Positions 29,511-40,045 of a stretch of 58,976 bases of DNA are shown here, in pieces. Numbering within the stretch: the first letter of the stretch is position 1; every line of letters starts with the position of its first letter. Under the pieces are notes generated by a model. That model saw only the letters and a list, made by a program, of their open reading frames with translations. It had not been told where the DNA came from and made no database searches. The DNA is from an uncultured Acetobacteraceae bacterium. GTDB lineage: Bacteria; Pseudomonadota; Alphaproteobacteria; Acetobacterales; Acetobacteraceae. The DNA lies in the NCBI GenBank assembly GCA_964242035.1, contig CAXTCL010000001.1, positions 1 to 58,976 on the forward strand, in the 5' to 3' direction. A program made the position numbers and the translations under genes.

Positions 29511-29666
29511 GTCAATTACCTCCGTTGTGTGCCGCGCTGATCCCGCGCGGCCAGGAACCCGTGGCCAAAATCGGCAGGGCTAGTCTCCGTCCGGCAGTGC
29601 CGGGCGGCTGTTTGGGAGACAGGCGGGCTAGCCGCACCTGCTCCGATCTCTGTGTGACTGCGCCGA

Positions 29667-31112
29667 TCATGTCGGCTGCAGCTCCAGCGAGCGCGCAACG
29701 CGCTCTGCCGATATCCGTCCCTCGCGGGCGGCGCGCGCGTCCTGCTCGACGCGGTCACGCAGACGGCGCGCGGCGGAGATGCGCACGATGAACGGCTCGC
29801 GCTCCACCGCCGCATCCAGCGACGCCAGCGCGTCCTCGTCCCACGGTGTCTGCGCCTGGTCGCGCGCCGGCGTGGGATCGACGCGATCCATCTCTGTCGC
29901 CAGCGGCAGGATGTGGAACAGCGCGTCGAACAGGGCGTTGCAGTATTCCTGGATGATCCAGGTGGCACCTGCGTATCCCATGAACGGCGTGCCGGTGGCG
30001 CGCCTGATTATCGCACCGGGAAACGACGCTGGGATGAACATGCAGCGCGCGCCCAGCTCGGCTGCATACATGCGCTCGTTGAACGAACCATACAGCACCA
30101 GAGGCGGCGTGGCTTTCAGCGCGCGCCTCACCGCCGCGTTGTCCGGCTTGGTGCCGGCCGTACGGGAGAACGCGAATGTGCAGGGCACACCCATCTCGTC
30201 TTCCAGGAACTGCCTGATCCCACGCGCGTAAGTATCAGTAGCCACGATGGCGAAACTGGCGGTGGCAAAGAAATCTTGCGTGACGCTGCGCCAAAGGTCC
30301 CAAATTGGCTTGATTGTCGTGTGCTTCTCGCTCTCGATGAACGGCTCCGGATCGATGCCGGTCAGTTCGCCCAGCGTGCGCAGGAAATTTGTCGTGGCAA
30401 AAATACCGATCGGTGCCTGCAGGTACGGCCGGTCCAGCGCCTCGCAAAGCTTGCGGCCGAACTCGCGATACATGCAGATGTTCACGTCCGCATCGGGCAG
30501 GCGCGCGATGTCCTCGACGTGACTGCCGAGGGGAAACACTAGATTAATCTCGCAGCCCACACCTTCGACGAGGCGGCGTATCTCGGCTAGGTCAGACGGC
30601 ATGTTGAACGTGCCGTAGATCGGCCCGAGTATGTTCACCCGCGGCTTCACGCCAGGCGCCCGCACCGGACGCGGCTTGATCTTGGCCTTTTTCGAGCCGA
30701 ACTCGGTCCATAGCCAGTAGATCGCGCGATCGGCTGCCTGCCACTGGTCCTCGTCGATCGTGCGCGGGATGAAGCGCAGCAGGTTGCTGCCCTCCGGCGT
30801 GACACCGCCGCCGATCATCTCGGCAATGCTGCCCGTCACCACCACGGCCGGCAGGTCCGGATCACCGGCCGCCGCAGCCCGACGCATCGCGCCTTCCGTG
30901 CCCTCGGATGAAAGGTTGTCTTCCGACAAACCTGTGACCATCACAGGCAACTCGTGCGGCGGCAGCCCGTCTGTGTAGTGCAGCACTGCCGTCACCGGCA
31001 GGTTCTCGCAGCCGACAGGGCCGTCGACGATCACCCGCAGGCCGCGCACCGCGCAGAACGCGTACACCGCGCCCCAATACCCGCCGGCACGATCATGATC
31101 GAGCACAAGCAT
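29667..31112 (-). CDS. bchZ: Chlorophyllide a reductase subunit Z
   Basis: [35 protein letters not shown]-terminal PCP_red-like region. Confidence 0.95.
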   Translation of the reverse strand: MLVLDHDRAGGYWGAVYAFCAVRGLRVIVDGPVGCENLPVTAVLHYTDGLPPHELPVMVTGLSEDNLSSEGTEGAMRRAAAAGDPDLPAVVVTGSIAEMIGGGVTPEGSNLLRFIPRTIDEDQWQAADRAIYWLWTEFGSKKAKIKPRPVRAPGVKPRVNILGPIYGTFNMPSDLAEIRRLVEGVGCEINLVFPLGSHVEDIARLPDADVNICMYREFGRKLCEALDRPYLQAPIGIFATTNFLRTLGELTGIDPEPFIESEKHTTIKPIWDLWRSVTQDFFATASFAIVATDTYARGIRQFLEDEMGVPCTFAFSRTAGTKPDNAAVRRALKATPPLVLYGSFNERMYAAELGARCMFIPASFPGAIIRRATGTPFMGYAGATWIIQEYCNALFDALFHILPLATEMDRVDPTPARDQAQTPWDEDALASLDAAVEREPFIVRISAARRLRDRVEQDARAAREGRISAERVARSLELQPT

Positions 31113-31117
31113 CGCGC

Positions 31118-32620
31118 TCAGGTCCCCACGGCTTCGAGCGACTTGGCTTTCGCCAGACGCGCACGGCGTGTCCGCTCGCGCGCGCCTTGCGGCTCCACCG
31201 GTTTGCCCGTCCAGCCGTAGCCGGACGCATCTCCCGTGCCCACGCCTTCGAAGAACGAGACCATGCGGGCAAACCGCGGCGCGCCACGCGTCTGTGCCGC
31301 CACAATCGCGGCAAGCGCACCAGCGCCCGGCGCGCCGAACAGCGGCCTGGCGGAGACCATGTTGGTGAAATACAGCGCAGGTATACCAAGCTGCTTGGCC
31401 TTCTGCACCAGCGGCGTCGTGCCTATCGCCAGATCAGGCCGCACATCTTCCATCGCGCAAAGATCCTGCTCCAGCGAGGCGCGATACTGCACATGCGTGC
31501 CGCGCGCCTCGAGCCAAATCCTGTCCGCATCGCTCCATTCGGTGCGTGGGCAAGCAGTGCCCACGTACGGTATCTCCGCACCCGCCTCCATCAGCAAACG
31601 CGCCACCAGCAGCTCGGAACCCTCATAGCCGGACAGTGTGATGCGCGCGCGGATCGGGTTGGCCGCAAGCGCCGCCCTTATTGCCGGCAAGCACGCCGCC
31701 TTGGCGGCATCGATCTGCGCCGCCGTTGCACCGCCCGCCGCTCCAACCGACTCGAGCCAAGCCGCCGTGCCGTCCACACCGACAGGTGCGGAACCCACAA
31801 CAGGCCGCCCGGCTGCACGCATCTCCCGCACGGAAGCCGTGTAAAAAGGATGCGAAGCCGACACCACGGCGCAATCAAGCGCCGCGTAAAGGTCGCGCCA
31901 CTCACGGCACGGCAGTGTCGGCGCCAACGCCATACCCATCGGCGCCAGCAACGCGCCGACCGTCGGCGGATCGGCAGGAAAGAACTCCCCAAGCATTGCG
32001 ACAGTCGGCTGCTCGTGCAGCACCCGTGGCCGCGCCACCGGCCCACTCTCCGCCTCGTGTCGTGCGTAGCGCAGCATCGCACCGGTCAGCACGTCCTTGG
32101 CTTCCGCATGCGTCGGCACACCGAAGCCGGGCACGTCGATGCCGATAATCCTGACGCCGTCTATCTCCTTCGGCAGCAAATCCAGCGGCACGCCAGACGC
32201 CGTCGGCACGCAAAGGTTGATCACCACAACCGCGTCGTAATCGGCAGGATTCGCAGTCTCGTAAACCGCGTCGCGTATGTCCTCGAACAATTGCCCGCGC
32301 ACCAGCGACTCGGAATTGAACGGCACGTAGCCCACGCTCCGCCGCGCCCCGTAGAAATGCGACGTGAACGTCAGCCCATACACGCAGCACGCAGAGCCAG
32401 ACAGGATCGTCGCCACCCGCCGCATGCGCAGCCCTACCCGCAGCGAACCAAATGCCGGGCACATCGATTGCGGCTGGTCGTGCGGCCCCTGCGGATAATC
32501 CGCCGCCAGCTGCTTCATCACTTCGGACTTGCCGGCTGCCGAAGCCGCCGCCGCCAGGCGCTCGCGCCCGCCATGGCAACCGCCTTCGCCAGTAATCGCG
32601 GTCCCGCCATCCATGCTCAC
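31118..32620 (-). CDS. bchY: Chlorophyllide a reductase subunit Y
   Basis: [32 protein letters not shown]; GTGA overlap with bchX (alternative ATG 32614). Confidence 0.95.
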   Translation of the reverse strand: MSMDGGTAITGEGGCHGGRERLAAAASAAGKSEVMKQLAADYPQGPHDQPQSMCPAFGSLRVGLRMRRVATILSGSACCVYGLTFTSHFYGARRSVGYVPFNSESLVRGQLFEDIRDAVYETANPADYDAVVVINLCVPTASGVPLDLLPKEIDGVRIIGIDVPGFGVPTHAEAKDVLTGAMLRYARHEAESGPVARPRVLHEQPTVAMLGEFFPADPPTVGALLAPMGMALAPTLPCREWRDLYAALDCAVVSASHPFYTASVREMRAAGRPVVGSAPVGVDGTAAWLESVGAAGGATAAQIDAAKAACLPAIRAALAANPIRARITLSGYEGSELLVARLLMEAGAEIPYVGTACPRTEWSDADRIWLEARGTHVQYRASLEQDLCAMEDVRPDLAIGTTPLVQKAKQLGIPALYFTNMVSARPLFGAPGAGALAAIVAAQTRGAPRFARMVSFFEGVGTGDASGYGWTGKPVEPQGARERTRRARLAKAKSLEAVGT

Positions 32621-33636
32621 GCGCCCTCGTAGATCACTTCGAGCGACGCTTTGGTGTTCACCGTCGCCGGGCACATATCCGTCTCCGTCGCCGGCACCAG
32701 CACCACGTTGCGCCCGACCGCATCGCCCTTGAACAGGTTCAGCAGGTTCTCGTGCGTCAGCGGGTTCGGCCGCACCGGCGGCGCGCAGGCCACCTGCTCC
32801 GCCAGCTGCTCGAACATCGGCGCCCAACGGCCGCCCGGCGTGCCAATGATTTCGTAATTCGCACTCTTGCGGCGTATATCGTCGTCAGCAGGTATCGCGG
32901 ACAACACCGGTATTCCAACGGACTCTGCAAAGGCCTGCGCCTCGCCAGTCCCGTCATCCTTGTTGATCACCATGCCGGCCACACCGACATTGCCGCCCAA
33001 CTTGCGGAAATAATCCACCGCCGAGCACACGTTGTTGGCCACATACAGCGATTGCAGGTCGTTGGACGCAACTACGATCACCTTCTGGCACATGTCGCGC
33101 GCAATAGGCAGGCCGAAGCCGCCGCACACCACGTCGCCCAGGAAATCCAGCAGCACGTAATCGAAACCCCATTCATGGAACCCGAGCTTTTCCAGAAGCT
33201 CGAACCCGTGAATGATCCCGCGCCCGCCGCAGCCGCGCCCCACTTCGGGTCCGCCCAACTCCATGGCGTAGACGCCGTCTCGCTTGAAGCAGACGTCGCC
33301 TATGGCGACCGCCTCGCCAGCCAGCTTCTTCTTCGAGGACGTCTCGATGATCGTGGGGCAACTGCGTCCACCGAACAGCAGAGACGTCGTGTCGCTCTTC
33401 GGATCGCACCCGATCAGCAGCACGCGCTTGCCCTGCTGCGCCATCATGTAGCTGAGGTTGGCTAACGTGAAGCTCTTGCCGATGCCGCCCTTGCCGTAGA
33501 TGGCAATGACCTGCGTCTCTTTCTTCGCCGGCGTGGTGGAGACCGCATCCGGCTCTATCGCCGCCTCGCGCCGCAGCGTCTCGGCCATGCTCGCCTGTGC
33601 AGTATCCGGCGCCGGTGGTGAGACATGTGCGTTCAT
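32617..33636 (-). CDS. bchX: Chlorophyllide a reductase iron protein X
   Basis: IAIYGKGGIGKS, GCDPKSDT, GRGCGGRG, DFLGDVVCGGF. Confidence 0.95.
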   Translation of the reverse strand: MNAHVSPPAPDTAQASMAETLRREAAIEPDAVSTTPAKKETQVIAIYGKGGIGKSFTLANLSYMMAQQGKRVLLIGCDPKSDTTSLLFGGRSCPTIIETSSKKKLAGEAVAIGDVCFKRDGVYAMELGGPEVGRGCGGRGIIHGFELLEKLGFHEWGFDYVLLDFLGDVVCGGFGLPIARDMCQKVIVVASNDLQSLYVANNVCSAVDYFRKLGGNVGVAGMVINKDDGTGEAQAFAESVGIPVLSAIPADDDIRRKSANYEIIGTPGGRWAPMFEQLAEQVACAPPVRPNPLTHENLLNLFKGDAVGRNVVLVPATETDMCPATVNTKASLEVIYEGA

Positions 33637-34571
33637 GCGGCGTCGCTCCAATCGAGTATCATTTTCAGGCAGCCGGCGTTCGAGAAAGCTTCTTCGTAGG
33701 CGCGCTCTGCATCTTGCGCCGGTGCGCGATGCGTGATCAGCCCGTCCAGCCGTAGCGCGCCGTCGGCCGCCAGAGCGCAGACATGCGCCATGTCCGCCTT
33801 CTGCCATTGCGAGGCGATCAGGATGCGTGCCTCGCGCATGAAGGCGGGTGCGAACGCGAAACTCATGCGGTCACTGTAGAAACCAGCAAGAATCACTGTC
33901 CCGCCAGGCGCCAGATGAGACACCAGGGTGTCGAGCACGCCCGAATCACCGCTGACGTCTATCACCATCCGGTAATCGCGCCGGGCATCCTCAGCCGGAT
34001 CGACAACATCGTAGGCGCCAGCAACATCCCTGCGGCTTGCCATGTGTTCCCACACCGTAGGCGCACCGCCCGCGGCCACGGTCAACCGCGCCAGCAGACG
34101 CCCAAGTGTGCCGTGGCCCACGATCAGGTCAGGCAGACCCGCGCCTGGTAACGCCAGCGCATGCTGCGCGGTGGCGGCCAGCGCCAGCAGGGTCGCCTGC
34201 TCGCCCAACCCATCCGGCAGCGGCACCACACGCGCGCCACCCGTCACAATCCGCGACGCAGCGCCGCCGAACAGCCCGCGCACGTCGCCGTAGCAACTCG
34301 CGCCAGGCACGAACACCAGCGTGCCGGGCGCCACCGCCGCTTCTGGCCCCGCCGCGCAGACGCGCCCCACCGTCTCGTAGCCGGGCACCAGCGGATATCC
34401 CATGCCGGGGAACGCCGGCATGCGCCCGGTATAGAGCAGCCGCTCCGTCCCCGTGCTGATGCCGCTCCAGGCCACATCGACCACAACATCCGCCGGACCG
34501 GGCGGGGTGAGCGCCACCGTGCGCAGGCCAAGCTGCCCGGGGGCGGTCAGAATGATTGCGTTGGTCTGCAT
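33633..34571 (-). CDS. bchC: 2-desacetyl-2-hydroxyethyl bacteriochlorophyllide dehydrogenase
   Basis: SGISTGTERL, FPGMGYPLVPGYE, LLALAATA, CLKMILDW. Confidence 0.95.
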   Translation of the reverse strand: MQTNAIILTAPGQLGLRTVALTPPGPADVVVDVAWSGISTGTERLLYTGRMPAFPGMGYPLVPGYETVGRVCAAGPEAAVAPGTLVFVPGASCYGDVRGLFGGAASRIVTGGARVVPLPDGLGEQATLLALAATAQHALALPGAGLPDLIVGHGTLGRLLARLTVAAGGAPTVWEHMASRRDVAGAYDVVDPAEDARRDYRMVIDVSGDSGVLDTLVSHLAPGGTVILAGFYSDRMSFAFAPAFMREARILIASQWQKADMAHVCALAADGALRLDGLITHRAPAQDAERAYEEAFSNAGCLKMILDWSDAA

Positions 34572-34606
34572 CTCGTCTCTCCTCCCCTTCCCGGCGATTC
34601 CGTAAG

Positions 34607-34650
34607 TGTAAGCCTAACCTTACAAACCGGGTTGTCAATCAAGATTTACA
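34607..34650. promoter_or_regulatory. Tandem PpsR/CrtJ operators upstream of bchC
   Basis: TGT-N12-ACA at 34607-34624 and 34633-34650, 8 bp apart: the classic bchC arrangement. Confidence 0.9.
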
Positions 34651-35907
34651 CTCGGCGACAAGAACGCTCGCAAGTAGCGGCGTGCTGGTCGCCAGCCGAC
34701 GCACCCGGCCGAAGCCGCACTCCTGCAACAGCGCCGTCAAGGACGCCGCACTGCGCGGCCGCCCACTACCCATCGCCAGCAGATAGAAGCCGAAATACGC
34801 GTCGCCCATGCGCGCAGCGCCCGGCGTCTCGGCCATCGGCTCGCCAAGCAGAAGCACGCCGTCCACCGGCAATGCCGCGCGTATCGCGCACAACAGCACG
34901 CGCACCTGCGCATCGTCGTGATCGTGAATAACGCGCACGAGGCTGATCACATCCGCCTTGCGCGGCAGCACGTCGATCAGAAAACTCCCTGGCACCACTA
35001 GCGCCCGTTCCGACAGCCCCAGCGACTCGAACCGCTTCGCCGCGCGCGCCGCCACCGCCGGCAGATCAAACAGCACCAGGCGCAAATCCGGCACCCGCGC
35101 CGCCGCCGCCGCCAGGAACGCCCCGTCCCCACCGCCCACATCCATCAGGCAGCGATGCCGCCCCACGGGATACGCATCCAGTATCTCGTCAGCGACCATA
35201 GGCTGCGTCGCCGCCATCAGCGCCGAATAACCGGACACGTCAGCGGCAGACGCCTGTGGCCGATACGCCCAATACTGCGAAAGCTGCGTATCCCCTGCGC
35301 CACGCAACAGCGCCACCGGATCAGCCAGATCCGCATACAGCAGCCGGTGATGCGCAATCATCGCAGCCAGGCCAGGATTATCCACCAGCGCCGCCCCCAG
35401 CGCCCCCAACCCGTAGCGCTCGCCACTGCGCCGGCTGACCAGCCGCAACGCCACACCCGCATCAAGCAGCCGCCGCGCAGACTCCTCCGCCAGCCCCAAC
35501 CGCGCGGCCGTGGCCGCTACACCCAGCGGGCCCTCCGCCAATACGGTGAACAGCCCTAAGTCCAAGCTTGCCGCTAAAATTTGGGAGTAGACAAAGCCGG
35601 CGCACAGGTCGAACAGCTCGGATGTCCGGCTTCTGGCGACGTTTCGGGTCAACGGGAATTTTGCGGCCCATCTGCGGAAGTCTGGCCGGGAGACTAGGCG
35701 GTCTCGTAGGGCAAGTAAGGAAGGCCTTCTTTTTTGAAAAAAAGAAGCAAAAAACTTTTGTTCCCGCGCCTGCACTACGGTGGTGCTTGTCTCTGCAGGC
35801 GCATAGGCCGGCAGAACCAAACCAGATGCTGATGCAGGCGCAGCAGTAAAAGTTTTTTGCTCCTTTTTTTCAAAAAAGGACTGCTTGCTTCCTACCCCAG
35901 ACAACAC
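34639..35907 (-). CDS. crtF: Hydroxyneurosporene O-methyltransferase; N-terminus runs through a repeat
   Basis: RDRL..FRRWAAKFPLTR..LFDLCAGFVYSQIL, MDVGGGDG, YFGFYLLAMGSGRPRS. Start uncertain: GTG 35907 just after the crtE stop, or GTG/TTG inside the repeat. Confidence 0.9.
   Translation of the reverse strand: MLSGVGSKQSFFEKKEQKTFTAAPASASGLVLPAYAPAETSTTVVQAREQKFFASFFQKRRPSLLALRDRLVSRPDFRRWAAKFPLTRNVARSRTSELFDLCAGFVYSQILAASLDLGLFTVLAEGPLGVAATAARLGLAEESARRLLDAGVALRLVSRRSGERYGLGALGAALVDNPGLAAMIAHHRLLYADLADPVALLRGAGDTQLSQYWAYRPQASAADVSGYSALMAATQPMVADEILDAYPVGRHRCLMDVGGGDGAFLAAAAARVPDLRLVLFDLPAVAARAAKRFESLGLSERALVVPGSFLIDVLPRKADVISLVRVIHDHDDAQVRVLLCAIRAALPVDGVLLLGEPMAETPGAARMGDAYFGFYLLAMGSGRPRSAASLTALLQECGFGRVRRLATSTPLLASVLVAECKS
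35719..35892. repeat. AT-armed palindromic repeat, core type II, inside the 5' end of the crtF ORF
   Basis: GGAAGGCCTTCTTTTTTGAAAAAAAGAAGC..GCGCCTGCACTAC..TGCAGGCGC..AAAAAAGGACTGCTTGCTTCC. Confidence 0.9.
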
Positions 35908-35908
35908 C

Positions 35909-36778
35909 CTAAGCAGCTACCTTCGCCAACTGCCGTGGCAACAACCGTGACGTCTCACTAACGATATGACTGCGCAGATCCGCGCGCCCGGCGCACGCCG
36001 GCACCGACTCCACTGCCCGCTCCGCCAACTCCTCCAGCCAGCCGATCGCGCCGTCCAACCCAAGCTCCATCACCGCATTCGGCCGCTGATGCGCCAGGTC
36101 CTGCCCCACCGGCTTGCCCAACTCCTCAGGTGCACCCACCGCGTCGCGCAAATCGTCGGCCACCTGGAACGCCTCGCCAAGCCGCAGGCCCAGCTCGCGC
36201 CACGGCGTCACCTCCGTCCCCGCCGACGCCGCACCTGCCATAGTGGCGCTGGCAAACAGCGCGCCGGTCTTCTGCCGCTGGTACAGTGCCAGGTCGGCCG
36301 CATCCTCACATTCCCAGGCCTGCCCTGCGACAATCCCGTGCGGCACGCCCACGCCGCGGCCGATCACGCCGATCAGCGGCGCCAGGCGCACAGGCAACAC
36401 GGCAGCTGCCTCGGCCAAAATCTGGAACGCCAGCAGGATGAGCGCGTCACCCGCCAGCACCGCAAGCGGCTCGCCGAACTGGCAGTGCACGGACGGCCGG
36501 CCACGCCTGGTGTCGGCATCGTCGAAACACGGCAGGTCGTCATGCACCAGCGAGGCGCAGTGCAGCAGCTCGATGGCGGCGGCCGCGGCATCGGTGACCT
36601 CCGGCGCATCCTCGCCACACGCCATGGCCACCGCCAGGCACAGCCTGGAGCGTATGCGCGCCCCGCGCGGAAACACGCTGGCCCGCATGGCGCGCGCCAG
36701 CAGTGGCGGGCATCCCGGCGCCTCCGCCTGCGCCACTGCCGCGTTCAGCGCCCGTTCGATACGCGACAAGGGGTCCAT
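35909..36778 (-). CDS. crtE: Geranylgeranyl diphosphate synthase
   Basis: HCASLVHDDLPCFDDADTRRG, GQAWE, KTGALF, FQVADD; GGGAG RBS before MDPLSRIE. Confidence 0.93.
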   Translation of the reverse strand: MDPLSRIERALNAAVAQAEAPGCPPLLARAMRASVFPRGARIRSRLCLAVAMACGEDAPEVTDAAAAAIELLHCASLVHDDLPCFDDADTRRGRPSVHCQFGEPLAVLAGDALILLAFQILAEAAAVLPVRLAPLIGVIGRGVGVPHGIVAGQAWECEDAADLALYQRQKTGALFASATMAGAASAGTEVTPWRELGLRLGEAFQVADDLRDAVGAPEELGKPVGQDLAHQRPNAVMELGLDGAIGWLEELAERAVESVPACAGRADLRSHIVSETSRLLPRQLAKVAA

Positions 36779-36795
36779 GCCACCGCTCCCGAATG

Positions 36796-36838
36796 TGTCA
36801 ACCTGGGTTGTCACTCGGACTGTCATTCTTTAATGACG
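36796..36838. promoter_or_regulatory. Degenerate PpsR operator pair in the divergent crtE/crtD promoter
   Basis: TGT-N12-TCA (36796-36813) and TGT-N12-ACG (36821-36838), one mismatch each. Confidence 0.65.
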
Positions 36839-36860
36839 GTTGTGTCAAGCAAGGAAACGC

Positions 36861-38417
36861 ATGCGCCAGCAGCGAGCAATCATCATAGGAGCCGGGATAG
36901 GCGGTCTGGCCGCCGCGCTGGACCTCGCCGGCGCCGGCTGGGACGTCACGGTGCTAGAACGCCAGGCGGCACCTGGCGGCAAGATGCGCCGCGTCCAGGC
37001 CGGCGACGCCACCCTGGATGCCGGCCCCACCGTCTTCACCATGCGCTGGGTATTCGAACAGCTCTTCGCCGATGCCGGCACCACTTTGGACGCCGAGGTG
37101 ACGCTGCATCGCGCCAACATCCTCGCCCGTCACGCCTGGTCACAGACCGAAACCCTGGACCTGCACGCCAGCCTGGACCAGTCGGCCGACGCCATCGCCG
37201 CTTTCGCCGGCCCGCGCGAGGCGGCTGGCTTCCGCGACTTCTCCGCCCGGGCCAGGCAAATCTACGATACGCTGGAGACGCCTTTCCTGCGCGGCAAGCT
37301 TCCCACGCCGCTGTCCCTTGTGCGCCAGGCGGGCGTGCGCTCCATGCTGGCGATCAGCCCGTTCGACACAATGATGCGTGCGCTCGCCAAGCACTTCACC
37401 GACCCCCGCCTGCGCCAGCTCTTCGGCCGCTACGCTACCTATTGCGGCTCGTCGCCCTATCTGGCACCGGCCACGCTCATGCTGGTGGCCCACGTGGAAC
37501 GCGATGGCGTCTGGCTTGTGCAAGGCGGCATGCACCACCTCGCGGCAGCGCTCGCCCGCGTGGCCGCGCAACAGGGTGTCGCCTTCCGCTACAACGCAGC
37601 GGTCAGCAGCATAGACGTCGAAGCTAACCGCGCCAGCGCCGTGCGCCTGGCCGACGGCGAACGCATCCCTGCCGACGCCATCATTGTCAATGCGGACGCT
37701 ACCGCGCTCGCGGCGGGATGTTTCGGCCAGGCCGTCACCCGCGCCGTGCCTGGCGTGCCACCGACGCACCGCTCGCTCTCGGCCATCACCTGGGCCATGC
37801 ACGCGCAAACCAGCGGCCTCCCCCTCACCCGCCATAACGTCTTCTTCTCGCGCGACTACGCCGCCGAGTTCACCGACCTGTTCGACCGCCGCCGACTGCC
37901 GCAAGAACCCACGGTCTATGTCTGCGCCCAGGACCGTGGCGAGCACGCAAACGCGCCCGATGGCCCCGAACGCCTGCTCTGCCTCGTCAACGCCCCCGCC
38001 TCCGGTGACACCGCGGCCGGACTATCCGAATCGGAGATCGACAGTTGCGAAACACAGGCCTTTCAACTCCTGGCCCGCTGCGGCCTGCAAATGGACCGGA
38101 CCACGGCAGCCAGCGTGCGGACGACGCCGCAGGACTTCGCCACGCTGTTCCCGGCGACGGGCGGAGCCCTCTACGGCCGGGCGGTGCACGGCCCGATGGC
38201 GACCTTCCAGCGCCCGGGCAGTCAGACGGCGATACCCGGCCTGTACTTGGCGGGCGGCAGCACGCACCCGGGCGCGGGGGTGCCGATGGCGGCGCTCTCC
38301 GGCCGCCTGGCGGCAGCGTCCGTGATCGCCACTGGCGCTTCGACAAGCTGGTCGTCCCGCGCGGCTACGAATGGTGGTACCTCGACGCGATCAGCGACGA
38401 CGGCGCCCACGGCCTGA
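36861..38417 (+). CDS. crtD: 1-hydroxycarotenoid 3,4-desaturase
   Basis: IIGAGIGGL, DAGPTVFTMRWVF, LFGRYATYCGSSP, HPGAGVPMAALSG. Confidence 0.93.
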   Translation: MRQQRAIIIGAGIGGLAAALDLAGAGWDVTVLERQAAPGGKMRRVQAGDATLDAGPTVFTMRWVFEQLFADAGTTLDAEVTLHRANILARHAWSQTETLDLHASLDQSADAIAAFAGPREAAGFRDFSARARQIYDTLETPFLRGKLPTPLSLVRQAGVRSMLAISPFDTMMRALAKHFTDPRLRQLFGRYATYCGSSPYLAPATLMLVAHVERDGVWLVQGGMHHLAAALARVAAQQGVAFRYNAAVSSIDVEANRASAVRLADGERIPADAIIVNADATALAAGCFGQAVTRAVPGVPPTHRSLSAITWAMHAQTSGLPLTRHNVFFSRDYAAEFTDLFDRRRLPQEPTVYVCAQDRGEHANAPDGPERLLCLVNAPASGDTAAGLSESEIDSCETQAFQLLARCGLQMDRTTAASVRTTPQDFATLFPATGGALYGRAVHGPMATFQRPGSQTAIPGLYLAGGSTHPGAGVPMAALSGRLAAASVIATGASTSWSSRAATNGGTSTRSATTAPTA

Positions 38418-39256
38418 CGCTCATCGCCTTCATCGGCAGCGTGTTCTCCCCCTGGTATCGCTGGGCACGCCGAAACGGCGGCGGCGAGCCAACAAACCAC
38501 TGCACCATGAACCTCGCCCTATACGGACGCGGCGGCAAACGTTGGGCGATGACGGAACGCCCCGCCGCCGCCCTGTCGCGCGATGCCGACCACCTGCGAA
38601 TCGGCCCCTCCAGCCTCGCCTGGGACGGCACCACGCTCACCGCCGACATAAGCGAGACGACCGTCCCCATACCCACACGTCTGCGCGGCACCATCCGCCT
38701 GCACCCGGACGCACTCTCGGACCACGTGGTGGCACTGGACGGCGCCGGCCGGCACCGCTGGTCCCCGATCGCCCCTGGCGCGCGCATCACGGTGGACATG
38801 CACAATCCCAAACTCTCCTGGCAGGGACACGGCTATTTCGACACTAACGCCGGCGACGAACCACTGGAAGAAGGCTTCCGCGCCTGGGACTGGTGCCGCG
38901 CCAAACTGCAGGACGGCGTGGCCGTGCTCTACCACGGCGAACGCCGCGACGGCGCACAGTTCTGCACCGCCTTGCGCTACGATACGCAAGGCCACGCCCG
39001 CCCTATCGAGGCCCCGCCCGCCGCGACGCTCGGCCGGAACGCCTGGGGGATGAGAATGGGCACGCTCGCCGACGCAGGGTTCACGCCGCACGTGGTCGAG
39101 CGGCTGGAAGACGCGCCGTTCTACGCGCGCTCGGTAATCTCGACGCGCATCTGCGGCGAGAATGTCCGCGCCGTGCATGAGAGCCTGTCGTTGGACAGGT
39201 TCGTGGCACCTTGGGTGCAGGCGATGCTGCCGTTTAAGGCGCCTCGGTGGAAGTGA
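38045..39256 (+). CDS. crtC: Carotenoid 1,2-hydratase (start uncertain, overlaps crtD)
   Basis: GYEWWYLDAISDDG, IAFIGSVFSPWY, HRWSPIAP, GYFDTNAGDEPLE, LEDAPFYARS. Confidence 0.9.
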   Translation: MRNTGLSTPGPLRPANGPDHGSQRADDAAGLRHAVPGDGRSPLRPGGARPDGDLPAPGQSDGDTRPVLGGRQHAPGRGGADGGALRPPGGSVRDRHWRFDKLVVPRGYEWWYLDAISDDGAHGLTLIAFIGSVFSPWYRWARRNGGGEPTNHCTMNLALYGRGGKRWAMTERPAAALSRDADHLRIGPSSLAWDGTTLTADISETTVPIPTRLRGTIRLHPDALSDHVVALDGAGRHRWSPIAPGARITVDMHNPKLSWQGHGYFDTNAGDEPLEEGFRAWDWCRAKLQDGVAVLYHGERRDGAQFCTALRYDTQGHARPIEAPPAATLGRNAWGMRMGTLADAGFTPHVVERLEDAPFYARSVISTRICGENVRAVHESLSLDRFVAPWVQAMLPFKAPRWK

Positions 39257-39433
39257 GGAAGCAAGGCCTTCTTTTTTGAAAAAAGAAGCAAAAAACTTTT
39301 ACTACTGCGCCTGCACTACGGCCTTACCTGACTTTGCCAAAGCGCGTACTGGCAGAACCAGGCTGGCCTTGGTGGAGGCGCAGGAAACAAAAGTTTTTTG
39401 GTCCTTTTTTTCAAAAAAGGACTACTTGCTTCC
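39257..39433. repeat. AT-armed palindromic repeat, core type II
   Basis: Starts immediately after the crtC TGA and ends 3 nt before the next ATG. Confidence 0.9.
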
Positions 39434-39436
39434 TTG

Positions 39437-40045
39437 ATGCCCCCAACCACCACCACCCGCACAGGCGCCCAGATCGCCCCCATAATCCCCGCGCTCGCCG
39501 CCCTGCGCTGCCGGATATTCCGCAGCTGGCCCTACCTCTACGACGGCGACGAAGCCTACGAGCGCCGCTACTTACGCATCTACGCAGACAGCCCGCGCGC
39601 CGCGATCATCGTCGCCACGGATGGCGACGACATCGTGGGCGCCTCCACCTGCCTGCCCCTGACCGACGAGACCGACGAGGTAAAAGCACCCTTCCTCGCG
39701 CAGAACATCGACCCTGCCCGGGTGTTCTATTTCGGCGAGAGCGTCTTGCGCGAGGACTACCGCGGACACGGCATCGGCGTCGCTTTCTTTGCAGCACGCG
39801 AAGCCCACGCACGCGCCACCTCGGCCTGCGATTTTGCCGCCTTCGCCAGCGTCATCCGGCCGCCCGATCACCCGGCCCGTTCGCCCGGCTATATCGGGCT
39901 CGACGCGTTCTGGATCAGGCGCGGCTACACACGCCGCGGCGACCTGATATGTCACATGGCCTGGAAGGATCTGGACGATGCGGTCGAGACGGAGAAGCCA
40001 TTGGTGTTCTGGATGAAGTCCCTGACCGGCGCGCCTCTCCCGTGA
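39437..40045 (+). CDS. GNAT-family acetyltransferase
   Basis: WPYLYDGD..YERRYL, FYFGESVLREDYRGHGIG (motif A). Confidence 0.85.
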   Translation: MPPTTTTRTGAQIAPIIPALAALRCRIFRSWPYLYDGDEAYERRYLRIYADSPRAAIIVATDGDDIVGASTCLPLTDETDEVKAPFLAQNIDPARVFYFGESVLREDYRGHGIGVAFFAAREAHARATSACDFAAFASVIRPPDHPARSPGYIGLDAFWIRRGYTRRGDLICHMAWKDLDDAVETEKPLVFWMKSLTGAPLP

